Source: an uncultured Anaerolineales bacterium (GTDB lineage: Bacteria > Chloroflexota > Anaerolineae > Epilineales > JAHCIE01). Taken from it: a DNA stretch of 58,402 bases. The translations under genes were made by a program, and so were the position numbers. The notes under the pieces are model-generated. The model made no database searches and had not been told where the DNA came from. It worked only from the letters and a program-made list of their open reading frames with translations. Position 1 is the first letter of the stretch. Each line of letters begins with the position of its first letter. Of this stretch, positions 26,875-35,300 are shown piece after piece. The stretch is from positions 1-58,402 of the forward strand of contig CAZLBQ010000001.1 of assembly GCA_964557745.1 (NCBI GenBank), read 5' to 3'.

Positions 26875-27621
26875 TCACGGTCCCCGAGACAGATTCGCTC
26901 CCCGACTGACCAGCGGCAGGTAAATCGAGTAGCGGCCTGAGCCGGTCGGGCCGGTGGCGGGGCGGCTGAGGTCGAACCCGCCGAGGACGGTGGCCGGCCG
27001 CAGCGCGTAACCGGACATTGTCTCGCGGTACTCGCCCACGAGCCGCCCGCCATCGGTCGGGACGACGGTCGTGACCAGGCGGAACTGGCGGGTGATGCGT
27101 TTGCCGCCCACGACGAGGGAGAACGGCTCGGACTCAAGGCGGAGCGTCGTCCCGTCGAACGTGCCGTTGACATACGGACCAACGCCGAGGGGCTGCGGTG
27201 CGGGGGTGGGCGTGCCTGCGCCGGGTGTCGGCGCGACGGGCGTCGCCTGGATCGTATGCTCGCGGGTAAAGACGATGGTGTTGTCCAGGACAACGTAGCC
27301 GCTGACCGTCGTCCCCGACTGGCTGAGCTGGAGCGTCAGGTCGATGGAGCCGAGGTCCGGCGGCTGCGGCGCGCCGGCGGGCTTGGGAGTGGGCGTGGCG
27401 AGGCTATCGCTGTAGACACCGGTGAGGCCCCAGACGAGCTTGACGCTCCCGCTGTACTGACCGTTGAGATCGACCGCCGTGGGGAGCGGCTGGCCGACGC
27501 GCGGCGCCGGGGCGACGGGCTGCGCGCGCGACGCGCTGAGCGGCAACACGGCTGCCGCGGTGAGGACCAGCCCGGCCACAAGGAAACTCAGCATGGTCCG
27601 CAGGAGGAGAGGACTCTTCAT
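26875..27621 (-). CDS. Exported hypothetical protein (248 aa)
   Basis: Signal peptide MKSPLLLRTMLSFLVAGLVLTAAAVLPLSASRAQP, Pro/Thr linkers and beta-strand-like composition. The C-terminus is SIYLPLVSRGANLSRGP. It is the last gene of the orphan operon. Confidence 0.7.
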   Translation of the reverse strand: MKSPLLLRTMLSFLVAGLVLTAAAVLPLSASRAQPVAPAPRVGQPLPTAVDLNGQYSGSVKLVWGLTGVYSDSLATPTPKPAGAPQPPDLGSIDLTLQLSQSGTTVSGYVVLDNTIVFTREHTIQATPVAPTPGAGTPTPAPQPLGVGPYVNGTFDGTTLRLESEPFSLVVGGKRITRQFRLVTTVVPTDGGRLVGEYRETMSGYALRPATVLGGFDLSRPATGPTGSGRYSIYLPLVSRGANLSRGP

Positions 27622-27700
27622 AGGTGAAGCGCTCCAGTTGTTCGGTCAACCCTCCCCCCGTGCCGTCGCCGTGTCGGGTCAGGCGCGGGGGGAGAGCGGC

Positions 27701-30700
27701 TTAGAAGTCGGCGCGGACGCAGTCGGAAAGCGGCGGACTGCCGGCCTGGCGGAAGGCGCGGGTCGTGCTGAACTTCAACTCGACATCAGTCAGTTGGCTC
27801 AGGTCCAGGTCGGGCAGCCCGTTCTCCGGCGCGCCGGAGCGCACTTCAACGTTCCAGACGGTAGCCGCGACGGGCCGACCCAGGAAGGCGGCGGTTGGCT
27901 GCCCCCCCGTCGCGCCGTTGATGCTGGCCCGGAAGTCGCTGCCGACGACCTCCGCCGTCTGGTTCGAGGCCCACTCCTGGCCCACCAGGGCGGCCGGGTG
28001 GACGAGGCGATAGCTGAAGATGCAGCCGGCGCGGGTGCGTAGTTCGCTCAGGCCCGTCTGGGTGACCACGACGCGGCGGTAGCCGAAGGCGCCGGGTTGC
28101 GTGGTGAGCAGATTGAGGCCGAGGCCGGTGTTGGTCGGCTTGGGTTGGCCCAGGCCACCCACCTTGTGCAGCCAGAAGTGCTCGTAGTCATCAGGCGGCA
28201 CGACCTTGGAGAAGACCCCGCCCTTAGCGACCGACGTGTTGAGGGTGAAGCTCAGAACGGGCTTGCCGCCAGCGCCAAGCTGCGTGTTCTGGGCGACCCA
28301 GTCGCGGAAGCGCTCGCGGCGGACGCAGGCCACATCGCCCGGCGTCGCGCAGCGGGGATGGGTTTGCCCTTGCAGGGCCTGGTCGGTCAGGCCCAGGACG
28401 TGCACCGCCACCGAGAGGGTCAGGTCCTCTTGCTGGATGTCCGACGACTCCTGGAGGATGTTGTTGGTAATGGCCTCGAGGCGCTGGAGGAACTGGAGGA
28501 TGTCGTCGGCGGTGCGGGCGCGGTAGATGTCCGAGATGCGGAAGTTGCTGGCGCTGAGGCGAGCGGCGTACTCATACTCGGCGCGGCGGGCGGCCAGGTA
28601 GCTGACCCGCGCCGAGTACTCAAGCTGGTTCGCCAGTTGCAGGCGGGCCGAGTCGCGCACCAGGCGGAAGCTGGGGTCGTTGGCCGGGCTGTTCTGGAGG
28701 TAGGCCCGCTCGCGCCGCGTCTCCTCCAGGTCGTTGCCCGTCTGGCCGATGACGCCCAGGTACTCGGTTTCCTTAGCTTTGTACTCCTGCTGGGCGATGA
28801 GGGCATCGGTGACCGCCTCGGCCAGGTCCAGGAGGGCGTTCTTCACCTCGGCGGCGCTGTTGATGTTCTCGACGCCGATGTCCTCGGCCATCTGGACCAG
28901 GGTCTTGCTCGCCGCGATCCCGCCCAGCAAGCCGCCGCGCAGCGCGTTGCCGGTGTCGGTCATCGCATCCACCATCTGCTCCGAGAAGTCCAGGGCCGAC
29001 ATGGCGACGCGTGTGCCGGCGATTACCCCGGAGACGGAGGCGCTCCGCCACTGCTCGTTCGCGATCCGTTGGTTGATGTTCAACGCCTTCTGCTCAGCCG
29101 CGTACCATTGGAGGTAGATCTGGCGCAACTCGATGCGGCTCTGGCGCATGGTGCTGATGAGGATTCGACAGTTGCTGCAATCGGGCTTGCGGGGCTGGCC
29201 GTCCACCGTGGCGTCGATGCACGAGGCGAAGGCGTCCGGCGCTCCATTCGTGCTTGGGGCCGCTTCGACATCACACGCCGTCGTGTTGGTCATCATGTCG
29301 GCGACGCACTGGTAGTACGCCTCGTCAGTGGCAAAGACGGGCGTGCCGTCCGGGTTGTGGGCGATGCGGTCGCAGCCCGCCTCGGCCTGGATGGCGTACT
29401 CGCGCCCGTTGAGCAGTTGGGTGATGCGGTCCATAAGCTGCTGCTGGCGCTGGTCGAAGTCACGCGTCGCCTGCTGCTCGTCGCTCTGCAACTGCTTGGC
29501 GTACTGGGCGGCCTGGCGCGCCTCGTTGAGGATGCCGGTGTCGTTGCTGCCAAACGCCGTGCGGAACGGGCGGGCCGGCGTGAACTCGATGTTGTAGCCA
29601 AAGATGTTGCGGCCGTCCGCCATCTCGCGCGCCTTCGCACGGGTGTCGAGCATGTTGAGCGTCATCTGGGCCAGCGCCGTGCCGTCCGGCCGCTCGCCGC
29701 GTGGACAACTGGCGTTCGTCCGCGGCGCCGTTGTCAGGGCCGCCGTGTTGACCAGCTCGACGTACTGGTCCTGGGAGGCGTCCTCGTAGGTCGCCTGGGC
29801 CTTGGTCGTGCCGTAGCCGTCCAGGTAGCTCATGCGCACCGCGATCTGGTGCTGGGCGCGTTCCTTGCCCTCCGCCGCGCGCGAGAGGATGGCCCACTCC
29901 GGCTGGCCGTAGAAGTCGGAGACCAGGCAGCCATTGCCCAGGCTGCGCTTCAGCCCGTCGGTGACGACCTTCTCGGCCTTGTCGTACTCGGCCACGGCCA
30001 TCTGGAGCTTCTTCAACTCGTCGCGTACGAAGGCTTCGCCGCCGACGATCTCGGTGCCGCTGAAGTGGAGGCCGAGGGCATCGACGGTAAACTGCTGGCC
30101 GAAGATCATGTGGAGGTAGGCGTTCTCGCGCACCGCCTGGCGCATGCGGGCGGCGAAGTAGCACCAGTCGTAGGTCTCGGTGACGGGGTCATCCTCTGTC
30201 CGCGTGCGGGGGCAAAGGGTCGTGTAGTCGGTACGCGGGTCATCGCCCGCCCCGTTATCCTGGCGGAAGCGGGCTTCGTCGGCGAAGGCGGCCAGGTAGG
30301 CATACAGGTCGCGGGCCTGGGGCAGGTCGTGGTCGGCCTGGTCCAGGCGCGCGCTCAAGGGGGTCGCGCCGACGGTGTTCGTCGTCGTCACGGGGCGGCT
30401 GTAGCCACTCTCGTAGTCGAAGCGGCGGATCAGGTGGTCGAAATCGGGCCGGTCCTTGCTGGGCGAGATGTCCTGGCGGAACTTCAGCTGGGCTTGGAGC
30501 AGGGCGCGCGCTTGCTGCTCGATGTTTTTGTAGTCGGCGTGGATCAGCGCGCCGGCGTTGGCGATGGTCGAACCATTGACCGAGGGGTAGTCAGTGGGGA
30601 ATTGAGTACCCGGCCGGGCCATGCGCCCACCGATGGCGCCGATAGTGCCGGTTAATCCATAGTGGGTCGAGCAGTAGTCGCTGCTGTTCCCAGGCCCACA

Positions 30701-30793
30701 GACCGCCTCGCCCGACCTCACGGAAAGGGTCAGCGCGAGTGTGACGCCCAGCAGGGCTGCAGAAAGCCAGGTTCGCAGAGAGAGAGTATTCAT
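27701..30793 (-). CDS. Large exported orphan protein (about 1030 aa), no recognisable domain
   Basis: The ATG at 30793 lies 9 nt after AGAGGGA. The signal peptide is MNTLSLRTWLSAALLGVTLALTLSVRSGEA. The protein has long Q/A/E/R-rich helical-looking stretches, Cys clusters and a Gly/Ala hydrophobic segment (ALRGGLLGGIAASKTLV). The antisense 852-aa ORF is Arg/Gly/Val/Ala junk. Confidence 0.8.
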   Translation of the reverse strand: MNTLSLRTWLSAALLGVTLALTLSVRSGEAVCGPGNSSDYCSTHYGLTGTIGAIGGRMARPGTQFPTDYPSVNGSTIANAGALIHADYKNIEQQARALLQAQLKFRQDISPSKDRPDFDHLIRRFDYESGYSRPVTTTNTVGATPLSARLDQADHDLPQARDLYAYLAAFADEARFRQDNGAGDDPRTDYTTLCPRTRTEDDPVTETYDWCYFAARMRQAVRENAYLHMIFGQQFTVDALGLHFSGTEIVGGEAFVRDELKKLQMAVAEYDKAEKVVTDGLKRSLGNGCLVSDFYGQPEWAILSRAAEGKERAQHQIAVRMSYLDGYGTTKAQATYEDASQDQYVELVNTAALTTAPRTNASCPRGERPDGTALAQMTLNMLDTRAKAREMADGRNIFGYNIEFTPARPFRTAFGSNDTGILNEARQAAQYAKQLQSDEQQATRDFDQRQQQLMDRITQLLNGREYAIQAEAGCDRIAHNPDGTPVFATDEAYYQCVADMMTNTTACDVEAAPSTNGAPDAFASCIDATVDGQPRKPDCSNCRILISTMRQSRIELRQIYLQWYAAEQKALNINQRIANEQWRSASVSGVIAGTRVAMSALDFSEQMVDAMTDTGNALRGGLLGGIAASKTLVQMAEDIGVENINSAAEVKNALLDLAEAVTDALIAQQEYKAKETEYLGVIGQTGNDLEETRRERAYLQNSPANDPSFRLVRDSARLQLANQLEYSARVSYLAARRAEYEYAARLSASNFRISDIYRARTADDILQFLQRLEAITNNILQESSDIQQEDLTLSVAVHVLGLTDQALQGQTHPRCATPGDVACVRRERFRDWVAQNTQLGAGGKPVLSFTLNTSVAKGGVFSKVVPPDDYEHFWLHKVGGLGQPKPTNTGLGLNLLTTQPGAFGYRRVVVTQTGLSELRTRAGCIFSYRLVHPAALVGQEWASNQTAEVVGSDFRASINGATGGQPTAAFLGRPVAATVWNVEVRSGAPENGLPDLDLSQLTDVELKFSTTRAFRQAGSPPLSDCVRADF

Positions 30794-30852
30794 ACGGCCC
30801 ATCCCTCTTTCGTCCTCTCGAACATACACAGAGTTGCTGAAACCCTGGGCTT

Positions 30853-31944
30853 CTAGTCTTCGATGATCAGCACGCACACCATGTTAGGCGAGTCCCATAT
30901 GCCATGCCAGTTCAGCAGGCTCAAACCCAGCTCCTGGTCGCCCAGGTCAACGCCGGTCTGCCACTTCCCGTCGGTGAAGATACAACCGTTAAGTGCGTTG
31001 GCAATAGGCTCAGTGGTGCCATTGCCATCTTCTCCGTGGACAGCGCCAGCACCGTCCGCGTACCGTAAATCCCAGTTGCGCTTACCATTCGTCGCCGCCG
31101 TGATGCTGAACCGCCAGGGACCGACGGTCGCGAGCAGCCCAGGCCTATCCGCTGGGGTGTTCCAGTCGCGCATGCCCAGGGTGATAGTGCAGCCGTCTTC
31201 GTCAGCGCACAATTGGTTCAGCATGGCGTCGTCGACGGGGACAGAATTAGGCGTCGCTCCGCCGTCCGGCGCTTCCACCACATAGCGCCGGATGCTGACA
31301 TCGTAGGTGGAGGTGGTAATCTGCACCGGGGTCGTTGTGCTGCCCACATCACGCCGCGCTTTGACGGTCAGGTCGCCGGTCACCGACACACGGTCGGAAA
31401 GAGTGAGGCTACGATTGGGGGCAGTACCAGTACCGACAAGCTCGCTGGCTGTCGCACCCGGCGCCAACGAATTGGTGGTCGCGGCCGTTGTGGCGTTGAC
31501 GGCCGTCGTCGCCTGCTGCGCCCACGGGACAGGGTGGAGGCGCTGGCGCGGGGCCATCTCCGGGTCGCTCCCCACCGTAAGGCCGATGAAACGCGGGGCG
31601 TCGGCGAAGACGTTGGCGCCGATGGGGGTCGCGTCGCCCAGCACGACGGTGAACAGGCCGTCGCGGACGGCGACGTTGTTGATAGTTTCACTATGGAGCA
31701 CATTGCCGTTGACGGCGGCATCGTAAATCTTGAACGTCATGGTGCGGGTGCCGGTCACCAGCGCGCCCGTCTCGTCCCGCAGGATGCCCTGGTAGTTGAG
31801 GGTGCTGGCGATGGCGTCGGGGGCGGCGGGGGCGTGGGGCGGGCCGGCCCAGGCCGGGCCGGCGGGCCGCAGGGACAGCAGCACGGCGATCACACTGAGC
31901 ATCAGGCCGCACAGGGCCATGAGGTCGGACCGACGGAAGTTCAT
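30853..31944 (-). CDS. Exported protein (363 aa) with a tail-fibre-like N-terminal module and a Cys-containing orphan C-terminal domain
   Basis: The ATG at 31944 is preceded by GAGAGGAG. The signal/anchor is MALCGLMLSVIAVLLSL. The module LNYQGILRDETGALVTGTRTMTFKIYDA...LHSE...V.VRDGLFTVVLGD matches a widespread tail-fibre/adhesin N-terminal repeat as I remember it. The ORF-track extension to 32214 is Arg/Pro junk. Confidence 0.75.
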   Translation of the reverse strand: MNFRRSDLMALCGLMLSVIAVLLSLRPAGPAWAGPPHAPAAPDAIASTLNYQGILRDETGALVTGTRTMTFKIYDAAVNGNVLHSETINNVAVRDGLFTVVLGDATPIGANVFADAPRFIGLTVGSDPEMAPRQRLHPVPWAQQATTAVNATTAATTNSLAPGATASELVGTGTAPNRSLTLSDRVSVTGDLTVKARRDVGSTTTPVQITTSTYDVSIRRYVVEAPDGGATPNSVPVDDAMLNQLCADEDGCTITLGMRDWNTPADRPGLLATVGPWRFSITAATNGKRNWDLRYADGAGAVHGEDGNGTTEPIANALNGCIFTDGKWQTGVDLGDQELGLSLLNWHGIWDSPNMVCVLIIED

Positions 31945-32014
31945 GACACAGGCTCCTCTCTTGGCTCGGGTTCTGAGGGACGGGTGAGCGACACGGGACA
32001 TAGACGGCGAACAT

Positions 32015-32236
32015 TCAGCGGGGCGGCGTATCCGGCTCGGCTCCCGGCGGCGGTCGCGCGGCGGCAATGTCGAGCCGGGCGGTGAGGAAGGCCCACAGGC
32101 TCTCGACATCGGCGAAGTAGCGCAGCTCGCCGGTCGCGGTGTCTTGCAGCGACGCCTGCCACGGCGCCTGGGCGTGGGCACGCCACAGGCGCAGCAGATA
32201 GGAGTCGTAGTCACGCGGGGTGATCAGCCAGGGCAT
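32015..32236 (-). CDS. Small conserved-looking hypothetical protein (73 aa)
   Basis: MPWLITPRDYDSYLLRLWRAHAQAPWQASLQDTATGELRYFADVESLWAFLTARL fits a recurrent small-protein pattern (LRLW ... W.ASL ... TGE..FA.LE.L.AFL) that I remember from GC-rich bacteria. The start could be 32236 or 32299. Confidence 0.5.
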   Translation of the reverse strand: MPWLITPRDYDSYLLRLWRAHAQAPWQASLQDTATGELRYFADVESLWAFLTARLDIAAARPPPGAEPDTPPR

Positions 32237-32304
32237 GGGCGTACTATAGCGGCTGACTATCACAAAACCCTCACAAAGCCGCCGCTTGCCGTCACCCACC
32301 CGAT

Positions 32305-32332
32305 TTGCCTTGTTGTGGACAAAACGTATAAT
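32305..32332 (+). promoter_or_regulatory. Candidate promoter of the SARP-family regulator
   Basis: TTGCCT (32305-32310), a 16-nt spacer, then a perfect TATAAT (32327-32332). It lies 57 nt upstream of the ATG at 32389. Confidence 0.45.
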
Positions 32333-32388
32333 AGTGCGTCTGGCTCGCTCGTTTCTGGCGCTGGACCGACGCTGGGAAGGGGAACCCC

Positions 32389-35300
32389 ATGGACCTGGTT
32401 CTGTCCTTGTTGGGTCCGTTTCACGTCACGCTGGACGGCCAGCCGGTGAGGTTCGCCACCCACAGCGCCCGCGCGCTGCTGGGCTACCTGGCGGCGCAAC
32501 CCGAGCGCCCGCATCGTAGGGAGGTGCTGGCCGACCTGTTGTGGCCGGACCGGCCCGAGGCCATCGCCCGCCACAGTCTGAGCCAGACGCTGCTGCGGCT
32601 GCGCCAGGCCATCCACGACCAGGATGCAACGCTCCCCTTTCTGCACATTACGCCGCAGACCGTTCAGTTCAACGCCGCCCCCGCTGTCATAGATGTGGCG
32701 CACTTCGAGGCGCTGCTCGCCGCCTGCCAGGCGCACTCGCACCCTAGCCTGGGGACGTGCGCCCCCTGCCTGGACCGCCTCCGCCGCGCCGTCGCGCTCT
32801 ACCGGGGCGACTTTCTGCAAGACCTGTTCGTCAAGGGGGCGCAACCCTTTAACGAGTGGACGCTGTTCGAGCGGGAGCATCGGCATCGCCAGGTGTTGGA
32901 CCTGTTGGAGACCCTCATTCGCCACGCGACGGCGGCGGCCGACTACGAGCAGGCGCGCCGGTATGCCGAGCGGCAACTGGCGATGGAGCCGTGGTACGAA
33001 GAGGGCCACCGCCACCTGATCGCCGCGCTCGCGGCGCTCGGCCAGCGCAGCGCCGCGCTGGCCCAGTACGAGACGTGTCGGCGGCTGCTGGGGGCGGAAT
33101 TGGGAGTCGAGCCGAGCGCGGAGACGACCGCGCTCTACGAGCGCATTCGCACCAGCGGGAGCGCGCCCGCTACGCGCACGTCGCCCCCTCACTCGCTCCC
33201 GACCCCCCTGACCCCGTTCATCGGGCGCGAGCGGGAGCTAGCGGAGCTAGACGCGCGTCTGCAGGACCCCGCGGTGCGGCTGCTGACGCTGGTGGGCGTT
33301 GGCGGGATGGGTAAGACGCGTCTGGCGCTGGAGGTGGCCCGCCTGTCCCGCGACCGCTTCTCCGATGGCTGCCACTTCGTGCCCCTCACCCCGCTGGCTG
33401 ACGCCGCTGCCATGATCCCGACCATTGCCGCCACCCTGGACCTGACTCTGCCAGGGGGCGATCCGCGGACGGCCTTGCTGCGCGCGCTGCGTGACAAGAA
33501 GGCTTTGCTCATCCTGGACAGCTTCGAGCATCTCTTGACGGGCAGGGGCCTGGTGGTGGACCTGCTCCAGGCGGCGCCGGAGGTGCGGGTGATGGTCACG
33601 TCGCGGGTGCGACTCAATCTGGCGGGGGAGTACGTCCACACCGTCGCGCCGATGGACTACCCAGCGTACGCCGACGTCGCTGCGGCGGCTCCATCGTCGG
33701 CCGTCCGACTCTTCGTGCAGAGCACGCGGCGCTGCCTGCCCGGCTTCAAGCTGGACGAGACGAACGTAGGCGATGTGGTCAAGATTTGCCGCCTCGTCGG
33801 TGGGATGCCGCTGGGGTTGGAGCTAGCAGCCGTCTGGACGGAGATGTTGACCCTGGCCGAGATCGCAGCCGAGATCGAGCGCAGCGCGGATTTTTTAGCC
33901 TCTGACTCGCCGGTGGTCGAGCCGCGTCAGCAGAGCTTGCGAGCTGTGTTCGACGGGTCATGGCGGCTGTTGAGCGACCCGGAACGCGAGACGCTGCGTC
34001 GCCTCGCTGTGTTTCACGGCGGGTTCACCCGGGCCGCGGCGGAGACGGTCGTGGCGGCGTCGCTGCGCGTGTTGACCCAGCTCGTCCACAAGTCCCTCCT
34101 GCGCTGGGCCTGGGGGCCAGACGGCGCCGGCCGCTACGAGATGCATGAACTGGTGCGCGAGTTCGCAGCCCAGCGCCTCGCTGCCTTCCCCCCTGAACAG
34201 GCAGCGGTCGAGGCACAGCACAGCGCATTCTATCTGGATTTTGTGGCCGAACACGAGAGACGGCTAGACCGAGATGAGCCAAAGGAAGCAGTGCAGGCGA
34301 TTCAAACCGAGGTTGACAACGTTCGTCAGGCGTGGGAATGGGCCGTTGCTCACCTGCATGCCGCGTTGGTAGATCGCAGCGCCTATAGCCTGTGGCAGTT
34401 CTATTTCGTCGCGGGTTTGTGGGCCGAGGGGGAGCGTGCCCTACGGCGGGCGTCCGAGCGGTGGCGGGAAGCGCTATCGGCAGCCGCGGGCGACGGGTCT
34501 GCGCCAGCTGAGAGCCTGGCTCTCTTGAGCAAGTTGTTGGGGACTCACGCGTATGCCCTCCATATCGGAGGACATCATGAGCGCGTGCTGGCCGTTGCTC
34601 AAGAGGCGCTCACATGGGCCGAGGCGAGCTATAGTGTCGAGGGCACTATTCTGGGAGAGATGCTCGGGGGCATCGCGCTGCTTCAGACAGGCTCGCACCT
34701 GGAAGCGCGGCCCCGGCTGAAACGTGCCCTGGCGTTGAGTCGTAGCCATCACCTGGACTACCCCGGTGAGATGCTCTGGGACGCCGAGTGGGGATGCCAT
34801 CTTTTCCTGGGCCTGATCGCCCTGATGTCGGGCGACCCCGGCTCGGCGAGAAGCGCCTTGACCGAGGCGCTGCACCTATGCCAGCGCCTCGGCAAGCGGC
34901 GCGGCGAAGTGACCTGCCTCTACAACCTGGGTAACGTGGCTTGCCACGTCCGGGACTACGCTTCGGCCCGCCTGTATTGCGAGCAGGCGCTGCGCCTTGT
35001 CCCGACCGTCGGCTATACGTGGGGAGCCGGCATGGTCCAGCTTTACCTGGGCGAGGCGGTGCGAATGCAGGGGGAGTATGGTCTGGCGGACGAGTTGCTC
35101 AACAGGGCAGTGACCATTCTAGGCGCCATAGACGCCGTTGAAGCCTTCAAGGGCAGGGCCTCCCTCGGCCGGCTGCATCTCTGCCTGGGCGATTATCGGG
35201 GCGCGCAGCGCTGGCTCGATGAACTGGCAAAGGGCATGGACCGTGTCGAGTCAGTCGAGGTCCAGTCCTATGCGTTCTTGACCCGCGCCTGGCTGGCTCT

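Noticed and set aside
26477-26923. A 148-aa plus-strand ORF in the gap after the PQQ dehydrogenase
   Set aside because: The translation is Arg/Pro-rich junk (RRARRRLADHRLLLRPPPRQRRRP...). It overlaps the 3-prime end of the 248-aa gene, and the only meaningful signal in the region is the GH13 fragment in another frame.
28097-30655. An 852-aa plus-strand ORF antisense to the 1030-aa exported protein
   Set aside because: Its translation is dominated by Arg/Gly/Val/Ala/Asp runs (RRVEGEAQNGLAASAKLRVLGDPVAEALAADAG...). It has no motifs, signal or start context, which is typical of shadow ORFs in GC-rich DNA. The minus-strand frame has a ribosome-binding site, a signal peptide and balanced composition.
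27701-30793. Calling the locus a Tc (ABC) toxin complex outright
   Set aside because: There is no TcB/TcC-like gene, RHS/YD repeats or VRP1 domain in the window. The protein is less than half the size of TcA subunits, and the resemblance is limited to a motif order that I remember. I kept it only as a hypothesis to test.
30853-32299. Longer ORF-track versions of the 363-aa gene (to 32214) and of the small gene (to 32299), plus the alternative ORFs 31213..32085 + and 31307..31726 +
   Set aside because: The N-terminal extension (MTTTPICCACGVPTPRRRGRRRCKTPRP...) is Arg/Pro/Cys junk that precedes a good RBS-ATG-signal-peptide arrangement at 31944. The plus-strand ORFs are antisense junk.
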